Under the pieces are notes generated by a model that saw only the letters and a program-made list of their open reading frames with translations, ran no database searches and had not been told where the DNA came from. A DNA stretch of 62,871 nucleotides, filler included, from Welwitschia mirabilis (Eukaryota), in assembly GCA_051453625.1 (NCBI GenBank). It is 5 parts of one record of this genome, joined end to end, with 100 filler letters (N's around TTAATTAATTAA, not from the genome) between each part and the next. Parts side by side here need not be neighbours in the genome. Positions count along the whole stretch, not along the records: positions 40,438 to 57,641 come from JBOZIK010000001.1; positions 57,742 to 59,802 come from JBOZIK010000001.1; positions 59,903 to 62,871 come from JBOZIK010000001.1; 2 more parts are not named here. The stretch is one strand, 5' to 3'. The position numbers and the translations under genes were made by a program. Of this stretch, positions 53,719 to 62,871 are shown in pieces (positions within the stretch are counted from its first letter, which is position 1; each line of letters opens with the position of its first letter).

Positions 53719-56209
53719 TGTTTTAATACCAAATTATATGTATTTAAGAAAGTATTTTAAGTACTTTTGCAAGACACTTGGATAGATTTAAATAGAATTC
53801 TAAGGATTATGAATAGTTAATGGGATGATCATAGAAACATGTAATTCATGACATATTTAGAGGTATTCTAGGTAGATTCTAATACTTAGCATTTTGAGAA
53901 GAAGACAATGATGTGGAATTTTAACTAAAAATCTTAGGAAGTTTATTATCCTCTCTATCATCTAGATGATAGTCAGGATAATAGTGGATGATATGGACTA
54001 GATACTACAAGGTTAACTATAGGGCTAGAAGCTAATAAATCATCTCTTATTATAGGGTATCATTCCTAGTGTTATTTAGACAATAGTCAGAATGATAACT
54101 ATTTTATATAAATAAAATGACTTCTCTTTGTAATGGGTCATGAATTCCATGTGGGCTGCTAGGGTTTCGTCTCCAACTTCTAGCATTTTTCTTCTATAAT
54201 ATTCATTGTAAAACTATAAATACTCTCTTGTCCTCACTTCCAAATTTATCTTTTATATCAGAAGTTCTTATGATAGGAGATTAAAGGGCAGAAGATCTAT
54301 TCATAGCTATAGAGAGAAGTCTTCCTTAATGTTGGGTTGTATATCTTTCATTAAACTACTTCTCATTTATATGTAGATGTTTGATTCATTAATGATTAAG
54401 AAAAGACTACTTTACTTCTATTATTTACACCTCCCTTATAATTTAATTTGGTTATGATTTTATGATAATTTCATAGTTGACCTACATCATAAGAGCAATC
54501 TTTGTTAAGGTTGACATTGTTAGTTTAGATCTTGCATTTTGTTTCATAGTGCATTCCCATAGTTGTATTTATCTATATTTTATTTGATGTGTCTTCTAGC
54601 TTATGTTGGTTATGATTAAGTGACAGTTTTCTTAATTGATCTAAGTTTTAAGGTTGATCTTGATAATAAAAAGATTGTTAGTCAAATAGATTCATTATTT
54701 GCATTTCTTCTATAATCATTGCATTTGCATTCATCTTGCATTTCGTTTCTGCATCATTCATATTTCCACTACTTAAAGGAAAAAAAACTCAAACTACTTT
54801 GTTAAAATTAATTATCTAACTTCTAACCTAGTTCTTTCAACATATTAAGACATTTGGGTTAACTTCCATTTATACTGGGGTTTTTTGCTTTACAAGCATT
54901 TGTAATCTATAGGATTTACTTAAAGACTTAAGGATTGCACAAATTTACACTATAACATTTTAATATCATTACCAAGGAAGGCCAAAAGGATCTAGAGTAT
55001 TGTCACTATCCAAATGAGCACCTTGGATTTCAATTTAAGTTATTTATTTGTATAGTGATATATTTTTATTGTAGATTTCATAGGTTTATTTTCTGAAATT
55101 TTTCATTTTAGTAGTATTAATAAGCTCTATTGTCTAGATATCTATATAGGAAAAGTCTATAAATTAGTGTTTTTGTTATTTTCACATAATAAGAGTTGTT
55201 GTTTTTTAATAGCAAAATAAATTTAACATCATTCTCTATGTTTTCCAGATGACTAGGTGGACCATTGTTAGTAGTATTTCTATTTCTATTTTTTTTATAG
55301 TTAATTTTTTCTTGTTTTTGCAAAATAACTATTAGTCATCCTTTCTATCATCTAAATGGCCAATAGGATAACTACATTACACATATTATAAGTATTAAGC
55401 ATCTAAACAATTCTAATTAAAAAATAAAACATTAAAGAGAGTAAATCTTGATCTTCATCTTATAGTTCTCTTCTTTATCATCTTAACTAATTCTTCTTGG
55501 TTTATCTTTATCATTTATTTTAATGAGTAGTATTAAAAGTATCCTTTAAAATATCCTTTTTAAAAGAAGAAGAACCTTAAGGATTTCTAAAAAAAATGGT
55601 AAGAAAATACTTCAAAAAAATTTTGTAAAAAGAGAATGGACAATACCAAATGATGTTGAGACTAGGAATTGGGCCCCTTTCTTTTTTCAACCTTCTTTTT
55701 TTCTTCTTCTTCTTTTTAGACTTTATATAGAAATAAAAAAAAATATTTTTAATATTTTAGGGATTTCACCTCATTTAGAGAAGCATCCCATAATCATTTT
55801 AATTAATCCCAACCATATTCCATAAATCACTACAAAGAAGAAGATCCATATTTCATAAATCACTATAAGGAAGAAAAATGATTGAATGTAAGAAATGGTA
55901 GACAATATGAAAAAGATTCAAGAAAATTTAAAAAATAAAAATAAGAACCTAGAAAATATGATTAGGATGATTTAACAAATAATATTATAAAATAAAGGTT
56001 CTATTATAACATAACATTCTAAAAACTATCCTACTACATCACACCTTGAGAAGAATGAAGAGAACTCAGGAACAAGGGACAATAATCCTTGCTTTCAGAT
56101 AGGAGATGAAATTTGGAATCAGACTTCAACATCCCACTCATTAGGAGATGGTCAAAAAGAAGATAATGATGACTCAACTTACTTTTTCAATAATAAGGAT
56201 GAGGATGAT
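53719..56209 (+). mobile_element. Athila-derived element in + orientation: LTR 53719-54957, PBS 54961-54978, UTR, short gag-like remnant
   Basis: LTR aligns with the reverse complement of 36044-37528; ends CACTATAACA-TTT-TAATATCATTACCAAGGA; TATA ctataaata ~54214. Confidence 0.82.
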
Positions 56210-56497
56210 TGTAAAGAGTTTTATTTTGTATCTCTTATTTATTTTTAGCACTAAATAAAAAGCATGTGGGATATTCCCCATGTACTATGACTTATTATAG
56301 TTTGTTTCAACTATTTTTTAGTTCTAAAGAAATTAGATCCTTATCTAACAGATCCAGTTCTTTATTATTAGACTTATATCATGCTATATATTTGTAATGT
56401 GTTTGTTGAATGATAAAGTTTTCATTCTCTACCAAATCTTATATATTTTCTCCTTATTTCACCATGCCTTTGCCATCCTTTCATTTGGTATCAGAGC
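56210..56497 (+). mobile_element. Short copia-type LTR (56210-56483) with tRNA-iMet PBS (56486-56497)
   Basis: TGTAAAG...CTTTCA termini, ctatatat TATA ~56383, exact TGGTATCAGAGC 2 nt after the terminal CA. Confidence 0.72.
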
Positions 56498-57685
56498 AAA
56501 AGTACTAGAGATATAATTACTGGAATAAAGAAAAGCCTTAGTATAAAGGAGGCCGTCATAGTCTAAAATGAATGTAATTATCTAATGATCTAGTGCAACA
56601 TTCATGTCTTAAAGTAGCTATGTATCCATATTTAAGCTTCATCTAAGAAGAATCATAGAAAAAAATTCATTTGTCTATTAAAAATAATACGTTAATTGTA
56701 GTTGTCATATTATTGAAATTGAAATGCTTGATTGTGAACACCTTTCCTACTAAATCTGTAGGTCCTTCATTCAAGGTATTGTGCATTAGAAAAAGAGAGT
56801 GTAACATCAATAACCCATGGAGAATTTAGAGAAATCAAACCATAGATAAAATTGATAAATATGGCTATAGCATAAGATAATGATCTATAAAGTAGACATC
56901 AATGAATTAGATTAATATCTATGATTCCCACAACTTCATTATCTTTCTTTCTATTTTCATTTAAGCCAACCTTCAAGATGTTTATAAAGTGCTTTTTAAG
57001 GATCATTAATTCACTAGAAGGGGAGGCATTTAGAGAAGTTTTTTACCATTGGTTTTCATCTTTAACAATATGATTCTTGTATGAGTGATTATATGCAATG
57101 TGAAAATGCCAAATAAAATGTCGTAATTCCTCTAAAGAACTCTAATACAATTAATAACTAATACTAAAACCAAACCACATGGCCCACTAAACTATATTTG
57201 ATGTTGTACATCCATAGTAACTGTTAAGAACCTATTTTCATTGATCAAATTAATGATTTTTTATGTAGTTAGTTATTGTGTAGATATTTACTTCTTCTCT
57301 CTTAATGATTATCTTAATAATTTACTTCTTCTCTCTTAATGATTACCTTATTTAATTTGTCTATTTAAGTATCTTTCCACTCAAATGGATGATTCCTTTA
57401 TTTTAATTAAGTACAAAAAAGAAGAAAACTATTATATTAATAAATTTTTGTACTTGAATGAACTATGAGTTCAAATTTCTATTTGAATATCTTATTGCAC
57501 AATCTATTGTGAAATCTTGTTGTACTACTAGGAAGCATATCTATGCATCTATGTACTTAGCTTACTTTCTTTCTATCATTGTTGTGGATTAGCCCCAAAA
57601 TCCTCTAATGATCGAATAGGTTTATGATAACCCTAAAAACTNNNNNNNNNNNNNNNNNNNNNNNNNNNNNNNNNNNNNNNNNNNN

Positions 57686-57697
57686 TTAATTAATTAA
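57686..57697. other. Artificial contig linker
   Basis: TTAATTAATTAA inside an N spacer. Confidence 0.95.
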
Positions 57698-57779
57698 NNN
57701 NNNNNNNNNNNNNNNNNNNNNNNNNNNNNNNNNNNNNNNNNAGATCCTAATAGATCTCTACTCCAATCAACCCTAGAAA

Positions 57780-60570
57780 ATGAGTCAGACCTCGAAAGAA
57801 AATTCTGTCATAAGGTCGTTCTTCTTTGATGGAACCAATTATAATTATTAAAAGGCAAAAATGAAGGTCTTTATTCAATTCATAGACCTTGAAATATGAG
57901 AGTCTATTACTAATGGCTATTGTCTTTCCATTGTGAAGGATCCTGTAATCAAGTTAACTACTTGAAGAATAAGGACAAGTGAACTCCTGATGAAAAGTTA
58001 GCAGCATCTTGAAACTTCAAAGGAATGAATGTCATTTTCTATGTCATAAGTTCTAAATATTTTAAAAGAGTAGTAAATTGCACCATTACAAAAGAAGCAT
58101 AAGACATCTTGTAGACCATTCATGAAGGCACTAGCCTAGTGAAGTAGGCTAAGCTTTAGATGCTTATCACTCAGTTTAAATATCTCAATATGGAAGATGA
58201 TAAAGTTATAAATGATTTTTTTGCAAAACTAATAGATATTATTAATTCTATGCATGGCTTAGGTAAAATTATCAAGAAATCAAGAGTAGTTCATAAAGCT
58301 TTAAGATCTCTACTCAAAAGATTCAAATCCAAAGTAATGACCATTAAATAAAGAAAGGATTGATAGCTACTCATGAGACCCTGAATATCAAGGATGGATC
58401 TAATCAAGAACCAAAAAGGAAAGATGAAGTGGCTCTTCTAGCCAAAAGATTTAGGTGCTTTATGTAGCAATAATACAATGGAGGTCAATCAAAGAGACCA
58501 TCAAGAAAAAAAGAGGAATGACAATGAGAGATCTAATGCTATTCCTATAAGGGTTTTATTCACACATCAAGTGTCTTTCCAAACAACAAAAAAGATAATA
58601 AAAGAAGAGAAAAGAAAATCATGTCAGAAATATGGAATGATGAAGAGAGTGATAGTGAATAAAACTCAAATTTAGAATGAGGTGAAATCTCTCTCATGAC
58701 ATTTATAGATGAAAAGATATACTCCTCATCCATCATTGATTCTTTTATTAATAATGATTCACTAAATAAAATAGAGATGGATCTTTATATGGAATGTCAA
58801 AATCTAGCTCGTAGAGTAAATAATCTGAGGAAATAAAATAAAAAACTATAAGATAAGCTTGAGATTAGAAAAAAAGAAATCAAAGAATTGAAGAATAAAA
58901 TTGTTTCAAATTCCTCACTGCTTAAAGGAACTATGTCTAGCAAAGTTTTTCCTAGCATGTTTCATTATTATCATAATTTGTATTTCAAATATTTAAATAA
59001 ATTAAAATCTAAATACTCTTTAGTAAACATTACCTACCATTATTGCAACAAAAAGGATCATTCTAAGATTGATTGTATTTTTTGCAACAGATGATTTCCT
59101 CACTTCATATTAGGATCTAAGTTTACCTTTTCTCCAAAGTTAAATCAACATGCGAATAAAAACAAATGCCTAAGGTGAACTCAAAAATCCTCAGACAAAA
59201 TCCTATTAATCCAAATGTCTTTAAAAGAAACTAATCATTCATGCTACTATCTTGATAGTGATTGTTCTAGACATATGACAAGTGATAAGTCCAACTTCAT
59301 CAAATTCAAGAAATACAATTGAGGAGAAGTAAATTTGGGGATAATGAAAGATCTCAAATTGAAGGCATTGGAAGCATTGGTGGAGGTAATTTATCTAATA
59401 TTTATAATATGTTATTTTTAAATGGTTTAAAGTATAATTTGTTAAGCATTAGTCAAATTTATGATGAAGTTCATAAAGTATCTTTTAATAAAAATAAGTA
59501 TACTATAAAACATGGTGAAATAGATCAGCTATTACTTACAGCAAATAGACACAAAAATGTTTACTATGTAAATCAGTCTAATAATTCTACTTATCTTTCT
59601 TCTCATGATCAAGAAGAAATCATCTGGCATCAATGTTTAAGTCACATTAGTTTTAATATTTTGAAAAAAATATGTCATGATGAGATTGTTAAGGGTCTTC
59701 TAAAACTTTCTTTCACTCACAAAGAATTATGTGATGCATGCCAAAAAGGGAAACAAACCAAAACATCTCATAAAAGGATTAGTGATATTACTACTAGCAA
59801 GCNNNNNNNNNNNNNNNNNNNNNNNNNNNNNNNNNNNNNNNNNNNNTTAATTAATTAANNNNNNNNNNNNNNNNNNNNNNNNNNNNNNNNNNNNNNNNNN
59901 NNGATGGTAAGCATGTGGACCAAAAGTTATATCATAGTATTATAAGAATTATATTATATCTAAGAGCTAGTCATCCTAACATAGCATTTAGCATTGGCTT
60001 GTGTACCAGTTATTAAAGTAAACTAAAGGAATCTCATCTTATTACTACAAAGAGGATACTTTGCTATGTGAAAGGTAACTCTCGATTTTGATTTATGGTT
60101 TTTAAATAGCAAATTCTAGTAATGTGACTGGGCTAGATGCAAAGATGATCAAAAAAGCATAGTTGATAGATGTTTCTTTTTTGGAAATTATCTCACTACT
60201 TAGTATAACAAAAAAAAAATGCTTTATATCTCTCTCTATAGCCGAAGCTAAGTACATAGCTACATGATCTTGCTACACTTAGAAGTTGTGGATGAAAGAA
60301 ACCTTAATGAATTATCGCCTAGACATCACAGAAGTTCTTATTTTATTTGACAACTCAAATACCATTCAAATCATTTATAACCTAGTTCAACATACTCGTA
60401 CTAAGTACATCAATCTTAGGTATCATTTTATCTGATACTTAGTAGAAAATAAAATTATTTCCTTAGAATATATTTGTACTAAAGATTAATTAGCTGATAT
60501 ATTTATAAAACCTTTATCATCTAATCGATTTACTACTCTTTATTACTTTCTGGGTATCATGTCTGAAATG
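57780..60570 (+). pseudogene. pol: Decayed copia gag-pol (INT core and most of RT absent at the join)
   Basis: FDGTNYNY*KAKM (gag); ORF 58160..58351 (UBN2-like); YLDSDCSRHMTSD (PR ~59248); WHQCLSHISF...CDACQKGKQ (59319..59858); RH AEAKY, FDNSN, QHTRTKYI, LADIFIKPL (60240-60520). Confidence 0.92.
59847..59858. other. Artificial contig linker
   Basis: TTAATTAATTAA inside an N spacer. Confidence 0.95.
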
Positions 60571-61164
60571 AACTTAAAAAACCCAGCTTCATTTGAATAA
60601 TAGAGTTCAGTTAATAGCTTTAAATCTTTTCTTATAATATCATTTTGAACCCTGATCGACCTGACTTCTAAAGTGGGGTGACCGCTTGTCTTTCAAATTA
60701 TTACTTCTAGAATTTTCTCTTCACTGCATTAACCAAACCATATCGTTAGATTGACCAGATTCATCTCAATTTTCCAGTTCAATTTTTTAGTCAATGGATC
60801 GACCGCAAAATTTTTTAAGGTTGAACTCATTTAAAACTTTTTCTAGTTATTAGGTTGACTATAACTTTTGTTTAGGTCAACTTAATTTGAATCATTTTTC
60901 TTTTAAATCTTAGTCTCTCAAGGTTGACTACTCATTTCTTTAAGATTGACTGCCATCTTGCATTTCTAGTTTCAAAAACTCTACATGGATCAACTGATAT
61001 TGACAATCGGTTACCTATATTTAAGGCTATGTGCCATGAATATTTAAAATCCACCCACATATTTTTTCAAACCTCATTATCTTATCTTTTCTCTGTTATT
61101 TTATCAATTCCTGTGAGCCATTCTTCATCTTTCTTGCATTGTTTTCCTTAGATCTAACTTTCAA

Positions 61165-62160
61165 ATGGATTCTTAGTAGTTAGAAGAGGTTTTTAGGAAG
61201 AGGATAAAGGAGTCTATTGTCAAACCTCCCAGTTACATTTTTTTATGAATGAGCACTGAGCAAAGAGACCATTTTGAGAAGCACTTTGAGTTTATCCCCA
61301 TTACTTTAAAAAGTACCTATGAACCTATTTAGTTTCTTAGTCTAATGGAGGTTTAAACTCTTCTTGAGGAATTAAACTTGAGCTACTTCCTCCATGTATT
61401 AGGCATGTACTATTCACTAGTCACTAGGCTATTCTATTCCAATTATAGATTTGATGTTGTACATTCCACATTTATTACTTTCATTTTTGGCCATGAGTTA
61501 CACATCAGTGCTAATCTTATAGCTTACCTCACTAAACTACCTTGAGAAAACTAGAAAGAAAATTGGTTCATGGCTGAGTCCTTTAAATAAAAAGACATTG
61601 CCATTCAACATGTGTGTGGAACTTCTATTACTTAGAAGAAGACACTCAAAGCTTTATAGCTTCTTCTCAGGTTTCATTTCTTGCACCTAATTCTGTCATA
61701 TAATTTCCTTCTAGTTGCTAGGCACAGAGATAAACTCTTAAATTACTAGGTCTCTTTTCTTTACTTGTTGAATCAGAGACATGACATCAATTCACCTAGT
61801 ATTATGCTCAAGCATATGGCTAATTATCTTTATCCTCACAAAAGGTGTTTCCTATCATATCGTTTTCTTATCACATAGATTTGTTGTTACTTTAAAATTC
61901 TGCATCTATCTTGATAGGAGATTCAGAATCCAATGGGGTCAATTAACTATGACACTCTTTCTAGGATGCATATTTTTGAGGAACTTACTACTCTATTCAG
62001 GCTTAAGGTAAAGGCCTCTACATTCCAAAGATCCTTCATCTTCTGCATCATCTTGACTCTCTCATTTATTACATTAAAACTGCTCTCATCACTAGTAGTA
62101 CTCCAGTTGCTGACACCTCTCAAAATGAGAGTGCACAGTCTCGAAGGATCTGAATCTAAT
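61165..62160 (+). pseudogene. SIRE extra ('env-like') ORF, Transposase_32-like, decayed
   Basis: Frame from ~61362: YYSLVTRLFYSNY...FIFGHELHISANLIAYLTKLP...FLHLILSYNFLLVARHRDKL...INSPSIMLKHM...LSYRFLIT*IC. Confidence 0.68.
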
Positions 62161-62871
62161 TGAGTCTTATGTTTCTTTCATTTTCCTTATTCTTCCTATC
62201 CTTGATTTTATCAAAAAAAGGGAGAATACATTGTATTTATTTTTTCCTATATGAGCATTAAGGAAAAATGTACTTCTTATTTTGTAATTTAACTTTTTTA
62301 ATTAATATAAAAGTCTTTTGTCTATTTGAAAATCTCTCTGATCTTTACTAATTTTTCTTTCTTATAAAACTCATATAAATTTAATTTGATTACGAACTTA
62401 TTTGATTAAGGGGAATCCCCGCATGCCCAATTAATATTTTTCCTCAATCAATAACAAAAGGGAAGTTTGTTAAGAATCTATTGTCATTGATCAAATTAAC
62501 AAGTTCTTGTGCAGTTAGTTATTGTATAGATATTTTCCAGAATTGGGAAACTGCTATACATATCCAGGAAATCAGATTATTAAGTAATGCAAACTGCTTC
62601 AGGTTCAAATGACCAACATTAAACTATAGGGCGATCAAAATACTAAATCAAAAAGAAGACTAGTTCCAGCATGAGCAATCATGCATAATGCCTGGGATGA
62701 TCTAGTTTTAATTTTGTCATAAACTAGGACACAGGCGACTGCTCTCAAAAGTCAAGGACAACCATACTATAATCTATAAAGTTTAGTTTTTGATAGTAAG
62801 ACCGATCAAATAATTAGTCAAGGGTTACCACATAGCAATCTACAAAGTTCAATCTCTTATTAGTAATAGTA

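Larger units (their letters stand above)
57222..62871 (+). mobile_element. SIRE-like Ty1/copia element, decayed and gapped; 3' LTR from 62468 runs off the window
   Basis: 57222-57290 matches 62468-62535 (TGTTAAGAA.CTATT.TCATTGATCAAATTAA); gag-pol, extra ORF and multiple PPT-like tracts (~62213, ~62455). Confidence 0.85.

Noticed and set aside
1..62871. CRISPR arrays, tRNA/rRNA genes, prokaryotic defence systems
   Set aside because: No repeat-spacer array or RNA gene seen; the tRNA-like 12-18-mers are PBSs; the content is plant retrotransposon DNA.

Overview
Very AT-rich, CpG-depleted plant nuclear DNA (species not determinable from sequence) from a draft assembly with many N gaps and four artificial TTAATTAATTAA contig linkers. 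I found no intact protein-coding or RNA gene. The window is a nest of decayed LTR retrotransposons: several Athila-like Ty3/gypsy copies (tRNA-Asp PBS, TGTTGTGATG...CATCACAACA LTR termini, gag/PR/RT/RH/INT and an extra 'env-like' ORF), a solo LTR inside one of them, pol-less Athila derivatives, one chromovirus (Tekay/Del-like) with a chromodomain, SIRE-like Ty1/copia elements with an extra ORF, and a short copia-type LTR with a tRNA-iMet PBS. The most notable observations are near-exclusive C>T/G>A decay that reaches CpA/TpG (RIP-like appearance), two LTRs head-to-head 36 bp apart, similar extra ORFs in a gypsy and a copia element, palindromic LTR motif arrays recoverable by reversing deamination, a candidate SINE with a TSD, and a duplicated exon-like module of unknown origin. 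Coordinates were read by eye and are approximate where stated. No clearly new biological system is demonstrated.
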